From a bacterium (GTDB taxonomy: Bacteria; SAR324; NAC60-12), in the NCBI GenBank assembly GCA_965233585.1, contig CBDDTI010000030.1, positions 1 through 38,079 on the forward strand: a stretch of 38,079 nucleotides of DNA, read 5' to 3'. Shown one piece after another: positions 19,359 to 30,084 of the stretch. Numbering within the stretch: the first letter of the stretch is position 1; the number at the start of each line of letters is the position of its first letter. The notes below the pieces were generated by a model. The model had not been told where the DNA came from. It did no database searches and saw only the letters and a list, made by a program, of their open reading frames with translations. The position numbers and the translations under genes are program-made.

Positions 19359-21098
19359 ATGGATTATAATATTTATTGCGTGTCAAACGCTAGTTCCGAT
19401 ACGGATGACAAAAATACTTTGAATTCTTTTACCAATTTATTTCCACAAAGTTTAGACTTGAAAAATAGAGAATGGGAAATTGGGGTAGTGTCTATTGGAT
19501 TACATTACAATTACAACCAATTGACTTTGTCAAAAGGCCAACCTTGTTTCATCACGCTAAAAAACGAATTAACATCTATAAATTCTTCGGAAGAAAACAT
19601 AAAGTCCGAAATTTTAGACCAGACAAAATCCATTTGGGTTTTGCCTAATTTAGATGAAGATGTATTGACAGTGCATAGACTGATGCAAAACTTGATGCAA
19701 TATATTTACAAGGAAGGAATGAGATTGTATCATTTTGAACCCAAATCGGGGGGTAAAGATGAAAAAGCTTACGTAATAGATGAAAACCCGAAAAAAGAAA
19801 TGGAAAATGAAAATTACAATTATAATAGATATTTTTTGATACATAAACATTTTATAAAAATTTTAAATTTAAAATACTACCAAAACGGTTTTGTATCCTC
19901 CCAAGCAAAATCAATCAAATTTTTTGACAACGAATATGTATATTTTTCTGTAAAGAAAAATTTTGCGCTTCTAACTACAGCAATTAAAGTGTATTCCGTT
20001 TTGAAACCCGGTCTGGTTCAAATAAAATCAAATATTATTTCTGACGTTCCCAGCGGAAATAGTTACTCCACAATTATGTTTACAACGACTTTACCAAATC
20101 AAATGGAAGGTCATTATTTTTACCATAATGTAAAAAATATCAGATATTATCAAGTGCGACAATCTAATATTGAAACGATAAACACTCAATTTACAGATTC
20201 TTTTGGGAATCTTTTAAGTTTAAACGAAGGTCAGCCGTCTATAGTGCATTTTCATTTAAAAGAAAAAGACAAAAATATGGATTACGAATTAACGCACGTA
20301 CGAATCGATTCACAAGTAGATACCAAATTGAACTACGAAAATACGAATAGTAGTTTTTGGGCACACTTAAAACATCCGATAAGTTTAAATCAAAACGCAA
20401 AAATAGCCTTGATGGATATATCTTTTCCCAACACCATATGTAGCATTCCAAAATCAATTGGAAGGAATCCGTTTATCTTAAATGTGTTGATAAACCAGAA
20501 CGAAACAAAAAAACACGTCGTGGAAATACCAGAACTTTATTTCTGCAACTCCGATGATTTAACAACATCAATGAACCGCCTGTTATCCGAAGAACTAAAG
20601 AAAATTTTACATTTTGAAAATTTTAATGGGTTCTTTAGGATTGTGGCTAAAACAAATAAACCTTTTTCAATAAGCATTCCCAAAAACTTTTGCCCGTTTT
20701 TAGGAATGTACGATTACTCGGAGAGAGAACTTGCAAGAATTGAGGAACGAGGTGATTACGTCACGCTTGCAGTGGCTAAGGAAAGATTTTTTGAAGCACC
20801 AAAACCAATGGACGTTTACAAATTATATCCCGGAGTTATGATATGTTATGCAAATTTTGTTCAACATTCCATTATTGGAGACAAATTTTACCCAATATTT
20901 AGAGTTATACCAACAATCGGTCAATCCACACAAAATGACTACTGTTCTATCCATTTCGAACATTTAGAATTCATAAGATGCAATGTTGATTATTTAGACG
21001 ACATAAAGATCGAACTCAGGAGATTAGACGGAAATTTGATTGAATTTAACGACGATCGAAGAGTAATTTTAAACATTGTAATTAAAAATCCAATTTAA
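19359..21098 (+). CDS. Minor capsid (penton-like) protein made of two tandem penton domains (579 aa)
   Basis: Domain 1: SNAS..NTLNSFTNLFPQSLDL..EWEIGVVSI..VHFHLK. Domain 2 (from ATG 20277): NTNSSFWAHLKHPISL..IALMDISFP..SIIGDKFYPIFRVI..IELRRLDGNLIEF. Confidence 0.82.
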   Translation: MDYNIYCVSNASSDTDDKNTLNSFTNLFPQSLDLKNREWEIGVVSIGLHYNYNQLTLSKGQPCFITLKNELTSINSSEENIKSEILDQTKSIWVLPNLDEDVLTVHRLMQNLMQYIYKEGMRLYHFEPKSGGKDEKAYVIDENPKKEMENENYNYNRYFLIHKHFIKILNLKYYQNGFVSSQAKSIKFFDNEYVYFSVKKNFALLTTAIKVYSVLKPGLVQIKSNIISDVPSGNSYSTIMFTTTLPNQMEGHYFYHNVKNIRYYQVRQSNIETINTQFTDSFGNLLSLNEGQPSIVHFHLKEKDKNMDYELTHVRIDSQVDTKLNYENTNSSFWAHLKHPISLNQNAKIALMDISFPNTICSIPKSIGRNPFILNVLINQNETKKHVVEIPELYFCNSDDLTTSMNRLLSEELKKILHFENFNGFFRIVAKTNKPFSISIPKNFCPFLGMYDYSERELARIEERGDYVTLAVAKERFFEAPKPMDVYKLYPGVMICYANFVQHSIIGDKFYPIFRVIPTIGQSTQNDYCSIHFEHLEFIRCNVDYLDDIKIELRRLDGNLIEFNDDRRVILNIVIKNPI

Positions 21099-21106
21099 AT
21101 TATATT

Positions 21107-21412
21107 TCAATAAAACAATTTATTTGAAAATAACGAATTATTGGTGAGATTTAATAAAGAAATATCTACTAAAGTTTGATTCACAAAATTAAGCGCCTTT
21201 AAACCGTTATAAGTTAGATCGTACATCAACCAAAGAAAAACGGAAGTAATGACAAAAATTGATAAAATCATTGCGCACACGCTACAACAATCGTTTTTTC
21301 CACAAAGATCAGGAGATTGCAAATCTTGATGAAACGTATCATGGTCTACTTCTTTGAAACAAGATTTTTTATCTCGGTCAGAGCTCGTCGTTTGGCGCAA
21401 AGAGACGCTCAT
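21107..21412 (-). CDS. Small predicted membrane protein (101 aa)
   Basis: Cys cluster followed by the TM-like segment AMILSIFVITSVFLWLMY; ATGA overlap with the upstream ORF. Confidence 0.55.
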   Translation of the reverse strand: MSVSLRQTTSSDRDKKSCFKEVDHDTFHQDLQSPDLCGKNDCCSVCAMILSIFVITSVFLWLMYDLTYNGLKALNFVNQTLVDISLLNLTNNSLFSNKLFY

Positions 21413-21810
21413 ACTTCTACTACTTCTTCACGAATTGGATAATGTTCTAAACAGAAATCTTTACACAACAATTTCATGCAAAATGACGCATAAAAATGAA
21501 ACACTTTCATTTCATTTGAAATTTCACGATGCCACCACAATTTGGTATCGGAGTCGCGTGAATTATTGAGTTTGCCGAGAAGTTTGTCTTTAATGCAAGC
21601 CCTGTACTGCACTAATTCACTGTCCAAAGATTCCAATGCTTCGTTGATTTTACGAAGATGCGCGCACATACGACGCAAAGAATGATGCACAACGCGGTTC
21701 GGGTCGGAAGTATCATAAATACCGGTAACATCAGGACCGGTATATTCGTCTCCCCAGTCGGAATTGTGCGACGATGATGATTTTGACTGCTTGTTGTCTT
21801 GACCACTCAT
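21409..21810 (-). CDS. Hypothetical viral protein (~133 aa)
   Basis: ATG-initiated ORF with a coiled-coil-like middle and Cys-containing C-terminus; no family recognised. Confidence 0.55.
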   Translation of the reverse strand: MSGQDNKQSKSSSSHNSDWGDEYTGPDVTGIYDTSDPNRVVHHSLRRMCAHLRKINEALESLDSELVQYRACIKDKLLGKLNNSRDSDTKLWWHREISNEMKVFHFYASFCMKLLCKDFCLEHYPIREEVVEV

Positions 21811-21856
21811 GATGCACAACTGAAACGATACGTTACACAGACATTTCTAATAAATA

Positions 21857-22189
21857 TTAAAAGCGCGCTCGAAGTTCCGACGTGGTTGTCACAATTTTCA
21901 AATTCTTGCACGTGACTTGATAAATTAAAATCGAGCCGTCGTACAGGAATTTAAAAAGCATGACCGATGTTCTTGTCAATGAAGTCTTGCGCTTGAATGT
22001 GCTTCCGACGATGTAGATTGCTTCCAATCTCAAGGCATTTGTAGGGCTCAAATTATTTTTAAAAAATTTGAGCTGTACAATTACCAAAAGAACGAGAAGC
22101 TGATGTTCACAATTAATGATGAAAACAATCACAAACGCATTTGCTAATATTAACACATATTTGACGAAGTATTCGAAGTAACTTCTCAT
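21857..22189 (-). CDS. Hydrophobic hypothetical protein (110 aa)
   Basis: Hydrophobic N-terminal half; has a decayed tandem paralogue at ~22280-22490. Confidence 0.4.
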   Translation of the reverse strand: MRSYFEYFVKYVLILANAFVIVFIINCEHQLLVLLVIVQLKFFKNNLSPTNALRLEAIYIVGSTFKRKTSLTRTSVMLFKFLYDGSILIYQVTCKNLKIVTTTSELRARF

Positions 22190-22279
22190 GGTTTATAAAC
22201 CGTAGAGTATTTGCTTGATAAAATAAAATTTAAGCAAATAATCGACGGCGAAAAACCCTGAGAGAATAATCTTCTTAAT

Positions 22280-22490
22280 GACGATGTGGCGGATTATTTA
22301 CAATCTTAAGGCGTTTGTGAAACGCAAATAATTTATGAAAAAAATTTGAGCTTCACATACTGCCAAAAGAGTGTAAAGAACGGTATTCTTGATGGATGAT
22401 GAAGAAACCACTCACAAATTAAATCAACATGTCACATTTTATAAAATTTTATTCGGCGGAGTATTTGAAGTGCTTTCTCATGATTTATCG
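22280..22490 (-). pseudogene. Decayed paralogue of the 21857-22189 ORF
   Basis: Colinear DNA similarity (CAATCTYAAGGC.TTTGT, AAAAAATTTGAGCT, CCAAAAGA). Translation MRKHFKYSAE* versus MRSYFEYFVKY. Confidence 0.5.
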
Positions 22491-23346
22491 GCCCTTGGGT
22501 AGAGCTTAATAAAATAATTTAGCAGCTACACAAAGGTCAAAAAAGCGCGAGAGAAAATGTTCTTGACAATTAGGATGAAGATATTCCGCTGTTTATGATT
22601 TTCTGGTTTTTTGCGTACAAAATAGACTGAGAAATTCCAAACTCATTCTAAAATGTACACAAGGACCAAAAAATCGTGAATAACAATCTTGGCAACAGAA
22701 AAATAATGATTAAAAATTAAAACAAAATTGTAGATTGTTTGACGTTTTAAAGTGATTATGAAAAATCTAAATAAATTTGATAAAAATTTAAACCCTTCAT
22801 ATTCACTAAAAAACATGAAACGTTGTAATTTTTTCTGAGTCGAGGATGTGTGTTTTGATGAGAGTTGATGGTTGATCATAATTTTATTGTTTGTTGGAGA
22901 TCTGAATTATTTTTTGAAAACTTTCGGACCACGCAGCCAAACAATAAAAGCATGAAACCTAACAGTTTTTTCTTTTATCACTTTCAAAAATATTCGGTTG
23001 TTGCTTGCTCACAATGTTGTGGCATTCGTGAAAATCCAAAATAAATTTAAAATTTGGAAATTTTCAGGATTGCCACGAAATTGTAAGGTAAGTGCCGAAT
23101 TTCTTGATACGTGTTGAATTTTGGATTGATCAAAATTGACTGTGAAATCAGTTACATCAATGTTGAGGAAAAGCATTTGGACACCCCTTCCCCTAACGTG
23201 ATTAAAATTTGAGCCTAAATCTTTGCTTACGGCGCGAATTGAAATTTAAAACGCGTTGGCGCGCGAGTTGGTTTAATTTTAAAGACATGAAGTTTGGACA
23301 TGAAAGGATATATTTGAGTCAAACCGCACGGAAAAAGATGTTTTTA

Positions 23347-23886
23347 GTTCTCAGAACCTTTCTTCGCGCCCCCGAACTGATTCAAGACGTGGAAAGTGGA
23401 AAAAATTGAGGTTGCAAACGGCTTGCAATCGGCTTGCAACAGGCCGATTGCAGACGAAAACAAGCCGATTACAGGCTCGATTGAGCCTGTTGCAAGCCGA
23501 TTGCAGACGAAAACAAGCCGATTACAGGCTCGATTGAGCCTGTTGCAAGCCGATTGCAGACGAAAACAAGCCGATTACAGGCTCGATTGAGGTTGTTGCA
23601 AGCCGATTGCAGACGAAAACAAGCCGATTGCAGGCTCGATTGAGGTTGTTGCAAGCCGATTGCAGACGAAAACAAGCCGGTTGCAGACGATTACAAGCCG
23701 ATTTCAGGTTGAAACAGGCTCAATGTAGATGCCAGGAAGGTGTTTTGAGAGCGCATCAAGATGGTTTTTATCGGTAAACGGATGGTTGAAAGACGGTTTC
23801 AGCCTGTTTTAAGGTGTTTTGAGAACGTTTTAAGGTGTTTTGAGAGCGTAACAAGCTTGAATGAGAGTGATGTAGGGACATTACCC
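23347..23886 (-). repeat. Right terminal inverted repeat of the Polinton
   Basis: Reverse complement of 1001-1541, ending ...GTAGGGACATTACCC. Confidence 0.95.
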
Positions 23887-24484
23887 TCATCTGCCCAAGG
23901 TTGGTGGAGGATTCTGAAACTGGCATCCACCAAGCCACCATGGCCAAGATTAAGTTGTAAGCAGAAAGGCTGGATGACTTCACCATCAAAAACTGCTTTG
24001 TTTCCCCCTTCATGGTGGCCGAAACGGAATCAAAATACAACCTTGTGGGTCTGCCTAGCATTAGTGTGTTGATAAACCGGGATGGGAGGTGTTCCAAGGC
24101 TGTGTTGGCAAGCAAGATGATGGATGACCTAGCCAAGATAGAGTGGGATCACTCAGGGGAATGGTCTGGCACCCAATAACCATCAACCCAAAAAGGTCTG
24201 AATCCAAAGGTCATTGCCAGTAATGTAATTATAGAAAGGTTGGTGTGTTCTTTGCCAGAAAATTTAATATGAGGGGAGGAAAAGAGGGAGATTAAAACAA
24301 AAAGAGGGAGATAAAAACCAAAAGAGGGAGATAAAAACTACTTTACTGTTCAGTTTTATGAATGGGTTTGCCGTGCAATAAAAACCTTCCATCATGTAAA
24401 CATGTTATTATAAATCAGGGTGGCAATAATGTGGAATAAACATTATTGCACTTTTTGCAAAATTTTGAAAAAATTTTGGTGTAA

Positions 24485-24632
24485 TAATGGCATTACACCA
24501 CTTCTTACTGCGACGGTAATGTGCCACTCGTCCACTGAGATGTTAATTGTTCCCTTTGGTCACTCGTAATGTCTCAGGGGACTCGTGGCGACTCACGTTA
24601 CCTGTCTTGTAACTCGTGGTGTATTGTTACAT
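24485..24632. repeat. Imperfect palindrome related to 171-390
   Basis: TACACCAC/GTGGTGTA arms, central TCACTCGT and the same end motifs. Confidence 0.5.
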
Positions 24633-25094
24633 AAGCTGTGCTTATGAAGTCATGTCTAAACATTGAAAGTTTATGAACATTAAGAAACTCAAGATGCTTA
24701 TTTCAAAACACAAGAAAAACATTTGAACAGGTCTATAGACAGTAAAAATCAAAGTTTGCCCTTTTAAAAACATTTATTTGTCAGTAAAATCAAGCTGTAC
24801 AGTAAAAATCTAACTGTACCCATTTGAAAATGTATATTTGACATAGCATGATATAAAATTTGTCAGAACAGTCTCACTTTCAAACTCTCTGAGGAAGGAC
24901 ATGGAAAAACTCAAAAAGTGTTTTAGCCCTCAAACCTTGGTTTCAAAAAAAGGCCACCTTGTGGAGGGTCCCAATGTGAGGCCGAAGGACCCTCCAAAGG
25001 CTGGGCAAAGGCCCAGGAAGAAAACGACTCCAAGCTCAGGTTCTGCCTCGTGCCGGAGTGGCCGGCGTTGAAGGCGGCGGAAGGTGCCGAAGGA

Positions 25095-25280
25095 ATTTTG
25101 TTGACATATGTCCCTCAACCTTTTGCCAAACAGTGAATTCTTCTTGGCATCAATGTTCCAATCACCCATGGCAATGAACCGTTTGATTTTGGAAGCATTA
25201 AAAATGTCTTGAAGGAACTCCAGTTCCTCCTCTGCAAGAGTCTTGTTTTCTGACCATTGCCAATAGACCAACACCACTAC
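25095..25280 (-). pseudogene. Relic of a non-LTR retrotransposon APE-type endonuclease
   Basis: VLVY...FIAMGDWNID resembles the GDFN motif of APE/EEP endonucleases; short and isolated. Confidence 0.35.
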
Positions 25281-25379
25281 TATTGGTTCATTTTCTTTAG
25301 GCTTTAGGATATCTATATCTATATCTATATCTATCTATCTATCTATATATGTACACACATATACTACCAACATACTACA

Positions 25380-25703
25380 CTCTCTGATTGGCTAATCAAT
25401 TGAAGACCAAATCTGTCTGACATGATGCTTTTTATTTAATTGCTTTCCTACATGAAGAAAATATTTCTTAAAACTTAATGAGTTGCTCTCTGTCAGTGAT
25501 ATGATAAGGAGGTTTCAGTGATTGCTCTAAAACTAAGGGCACTATAAGAAAAGGTCTGTCTAAATTCAGTGCAAGTAGATAAGAAAAATAACCCTCTCTG
25601 ATTGGGTAATCAATTGAAGACCAAATCTGTCTGACATGATGGTTTTTATTTAATTGCTTTCCTACATAAAGAAATTATTTCTTAAAACTTAATGAGTTGC
25701 TCT
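25380..25703 (+). repeat. ~110 bp direct repeat pair (25380-25489 and 25594-25703)
   Basis: CTCTCTGATTGG.TAATCAATTGAAGACC...TTAATGAGTTGCTCT occurs twice; an ATATCT microsatellite lies just upstream. Confidence 0.8.
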
Positions 25704-28669
25704 ACTTAAAATTTCTTTTGACAGGAATATACTTTTAACTTGCACAAAGAAACCTGTTAAAACAGAATTTCAATTTTCAACCTCAAAAAAAATCTATTAT
25801 GCCTAAAAGTTCACTTAATAACTTGTGAAATGCTTTGAATTTCCCGCCAAAGTTTTTCCAAAACAAAAAATGGTTTGTAAATTAAGTAAGAGACACACAA
25901 ATCAATGTAATGCAGTGAGTCAACTGCAGTGCACAGTCCAGGCAGCTTGAGTTGGAGAAGCAAGGAAATTCAGGCAATTTGGAAAATTGATGTAATCTGA
26001 TTGGTTTTTAACCTCAAAGCAATGCCAATGACACCTATTTTTGTCTCCCAGTTTTCCTTGTGCAGCTTTCCCAGGATCACTTTAAATTATTGGCGAAACC
26101 AGTCTATGAATAAATTGGTGCAAACAATTATATTTTCCAATGCTGGCTTTTTTATTATCTAATGAACTGAAAATCAATATGACACCCTAATTTCAACCTT
26201 TTTTTATTTGGAAATTACAGCTCATCATTTCCTCATTCCATCAACAAATTTGTACCTTTGTGCTAATCATACATTTAAGGTCAATTTTTATTTGAGGGGT
26301 ATCTGTTCTGTTATATGCAATTATTGTTTGGCCTAGAGGCAACTTTTTTATAAAATTTTCTTTCACAAAGATGCATTCTTCAACATGGGCAAGGGCCATC
26401 ATTTTTATTTGAAGGCCAGACATTGTCTGTAGCATAGATTTAAAAACAACCTTTTCTACACCAGATGACAACAGTATTTTCAAGAGATGATTAAGATTAA
26501 TTTCATCGAGATGGCTTAAAGGTAGACTTTAGGACTAAAATTAATAGTTGTCCAATGACAAAAAATCATATCAATATGTGGTCAATGCAGTGTGGGCAGT
26601 CCCCCCAAATTCAAGCCCCCATTGACCACCCACCAATTCTTAATTGCATTCAAAATCCAAAAATTTACTTAAAATTTTTCAGTAGACATCTGTAAAAGCC
26701 CTGATACTTGAGTGAGACAATTTTATCAATTTTAGAAATTGCCTGTTTTGAACTCTAAACTTTGAGTCTATACTTCAACAGGTTTTTGTGCTCTTTATAG
26801 TTGCAGCTTGACAACCATCTGTTTTTACTTCAAATCAAAGAACACTTTTTGTGCCAACTTTTTCAATGTTATAGGAAAATGCCTGATTGAGTCTTCCATT
26901 TCAAAGAAGCAAACAACTAAAATTAAGATCATGGAGATTGGTCTATGGTTGTTGTAATGTCTATCTGCAATCAATGCATGAATGAAACATCAAACTTATC
27001 ATTACAAATCTTTCTGAGGCTTTAAACCTATATCCATAAACTGTCCTTGGAATTTGATACAAAAAAGGAACTTGAATAAGAAAAAGAGGGAGGAGGAGGA
27101 GGATGAGAATACCAACACTTCATTCCTCAAGACCATATCATGATTTTCTTTCTTTCATGAGTTGTGGCAAGATTTTCCCTCGGGCAAAAAATGAATTCAG
27201 AAAGAAATCCTCATATCTTGAATACCCTGCCTTGATCCACTGGGTATAAACTTCACATTTTTTCCCTGGAAAACCATCCAAAGTGTCACTTTACAATGAA
27301 GAATTATTTTCTGGCAAAAATCAATGCAAAACCAAATTATTGAATAGGAATAATCATCTCCAGTAAATGACAATTTATATCTTCCATCCTATAAATGGGC
27401 AGGTTGGCCAACTTGCTGTGGTCAGCCACGATGCTGCAGTTGTTGATCTTGAGTTGTTGACAAGCCCTAATCCCCCCTAACATGAAAATTTTGACAGCAC
27501 CTAGCAGAGGGCAAAATTTCAACACCATTTGCCCTTTTAAATTACTCCTCAAGGAAAAATATTGGCTTTGGCAGAAATTTTTTTTATTTATAGTAGCCTT
27601 AAGAAAAGTAGCAGTTTTTGGAAAAATATACATAAATTAATCAATTATCGGATCAAAAAGATAATGTATAGCAAAATACCAGTTTGAAATACAATTATTT
27701 GATACTTTTATTAGTATATAAATTTTCCGTATAAAACCCAACAGCACGGGCAGAATCAGAAAATTTACAGCACCCCCTTAGAATTTTAAAAGAACACCAC
27801 AGGCATCAAACATTAACCTTGCACATGTATGATTGCATGGTTACCTTATTTTTGGCAAAGGCCAAACTTAAAAGGGCAAAAAACCTTCTTAAATCTGAAT
27901 AAACTGAATTCACCTGAAAACTGAATCTGAATGCATCTGAGAGACCAATCTCAATGAAACTTGGCATGGAAAGAAAATCTACACCTGGTACATTGCATGA
28001 GAACCTTAATTTTTGCAAAGGTAAAAAAAAGACCAAAAACCTTCTTAAATCTTCCTAAACAGGGGTTTGCAGTGGGAGAAGGATATGCAGAGGGAGAGGG
28101 ATTAAACCAAGCAACCCAGGCATTTTTGCCAATACTTTATATTTGCTACCATTAACATACAAGATTGAGTTGGAATAAGGCAAAATTGATTCAATGCTTG
28201 GTTCAGTCAAAATTATCAATCATCTCCAATCACCTCTTAAAATGTAGATGAAGGAAATCTAATCTTAAGGTAGTTGTTTAGAGTTGTGAGCTCCCCAATG
28301 CTCCTTCCTTTTTGATTAGTGAGCCATCTTTTAATGCTATTGTTGGTTTCAGATAAGATTGACACACAAAAAAATAGCAAAGCAAATTTTGATCTGACTC
28401 TCCAATGTTTTGATAATTCACATTCAGTGACACCTGGAATCACAAAAGGCTATTTTCCATGGGAATACAATTGTTCCCCCTAAGGATTAATGTCAAATTC
28501 TGTTGTCAATTTTTCTGTTGACAATTGCAGTCATACAAATGCCATTGGTTCATTTGACCTCCAAAAATAAATTATTATTGCCACCCATTTAAATTGCCTG
28601 CTATTCCAAGTTCAGGGAGTCATTTTAACAGTTACCTCCTATTCAAGTGACTTCATCTCATTGAATTAA

Positions 28670-30000
28670 CATGGCTAACAATGCTAGGGAACCAGGTGAG
28701 AAATACAGGACATTGTGGAATACAATTTCTTTTAGAAAGCTTCATCAGCAAACATAAGGGATGTGTGGATAGCTCAGTGGTAGAGCATCAGCTTCATGCC
28801 CCCTGGACCCGGGTTCAACCCCCGGCCCAGGAGCCCAGGTAAGCAGAAGCTGATGCTTTTTTGAGCTAGACCACATCCTTGGGGAGGGAGGTTGGCAACT
28901 CCTGTAATTCTTGCAACTGAGAACACAACCTGCTGGTCGAGGGTGAGGTAAAGACTACAGCATATATCTAAGCCAGAAATGTGCTGTCATCGCTCTGAGA
29001 GCCATGAACACCTTTGGAGCTCGCTCGAGGGAATATCCCAGCGATCAATATAACATAACAGCAAACATAAATATCATTGCACTACATGCTCCTGGACATC
29101 TTTATGGTGAAACTGTAAGCAACTTCCACATCTGAGATGAAACTAAACCCCATGCAAAGACCATGAAGGCTGCCAAAGTTGGGAGACGAAGATTGTCATT
29201 CGTGGTTGTCGAACATACTCAAAGGCTGTTGATGACTCAAAGAAAAAGGTCACCAGGGCAATGTCCTCTTCATATGCATTGTGAGTGGGTTCTCTGGAAT
29301 TGTCCTTCTAGGAGGCAATGTCCTCTTGTTGGGTTTCTCCACTTTGGGTGGTTTGAATTTTGGAGTTGATGCCTGTTCAGTGTGAGGAAAGGTCAGTCCC
29401 TTGCCCTTCGATAATGCTTTCTCCCTAAACTGTAGGATTTATGATCTTCTTGCCGTCAAAGTTGCACAGTTCAATGATGGCAAAATCTCAACACTGCTAG
29501 CAATGCTTAGGAAATAAGTGAGAAAATACAAATGCAATTTCTTTTAAAAAGCTTCATTGGCAAGAATACACATCATTGTATTAGATTCTTCTGGCCATCT
29601 TTATGGTGAACCAATAAGCAATTTCAACAGCTGAGATGAAGCTGAACCCCATGCAAAGACCAAGAAGGCCACCAAGTTGGGAGATGAAGTCGATGATTGT
29701 CATGCGAGATTGTCGAACATACTCAAAGGCTGTTGATGACTCAAAGAAAAAGGTCACCAGGGCAATGTCCTCTTCATATGCATTGTGAGTTTGTTCTCTG
29801 GAATTGTCCTTCTAGGAGGCAATGTCCTCTTGTTGGGTTTCTCCACTTTGGGTGGTTTGAATTTTGGAGTTGATGCCTGTTCAGTGTGAGGAAAGGTCAG
29901 TCCCTTGCTCTTCGATAATGCTTTCTCCCTAAACTGTAGGATTTATGATCTTCTTGCCATCAAAGTTGCACAGTTCAATGATGGCAAAATCTCAAAACTG
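28670..30000 (-). pseudogene. Two decayed tandem copies of the ENaC gene 3' end
   Basis: Sequence from 30085 onward recurs at 29581 (offset ~504 nt) and at ~29081 with deletions and frameshifts. The distal copy is interrupted by the SINE. Confidence 0.85.
28758..29058 (+). mobile_element. tRNA-derived SINE with 12-bp target-site duplication
   Basis: A box TAGCTCAGTGG, B box GGTTCAACCCC, ~230 nt non-tRNA body, AACAT-type tail. CAGCAAACATAA occurs at 28746-28757 and 29059-29070. Confidence 0.85.
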
Positions 30001-30084
30001 CCAGCAATGCTTAGGAAATAAGTGAGAAAATACAAATGCAATTTCTTTTAAAAAGCTTCATTGGCAAGAATATACACCATTGCA

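Larger units (their letters stand above)
1001..23886. mobile_element. Polinton/Maverick (adintovirus-like) endogenous DNA virus, ~22.9 kb, apparently complete
   Basis: ~540 bp TIRs enclose pPolB, packaging ATPase, adenain-like protease, major capsid, minor capsid and rve integrase genes, the diagnostic Polinton gene set. Confidence 0.96.

Noticed and set aside
23768..24136. 122-aa minus-strand ORF crossing the right TIR junction
   Set aside because: Chimeric between host flank and TIR; no motif support.
26241..28443. Short ORFs in the host intergenic region
   Set aside because: No recognisable motifs; probably decayed repeats or chance ORFs.
28758..28832. Functional tRNA gene
   Set aside because: No convincing acceptor stem; it continues into a SINE body and tail bounded by a 12-bp TSD.
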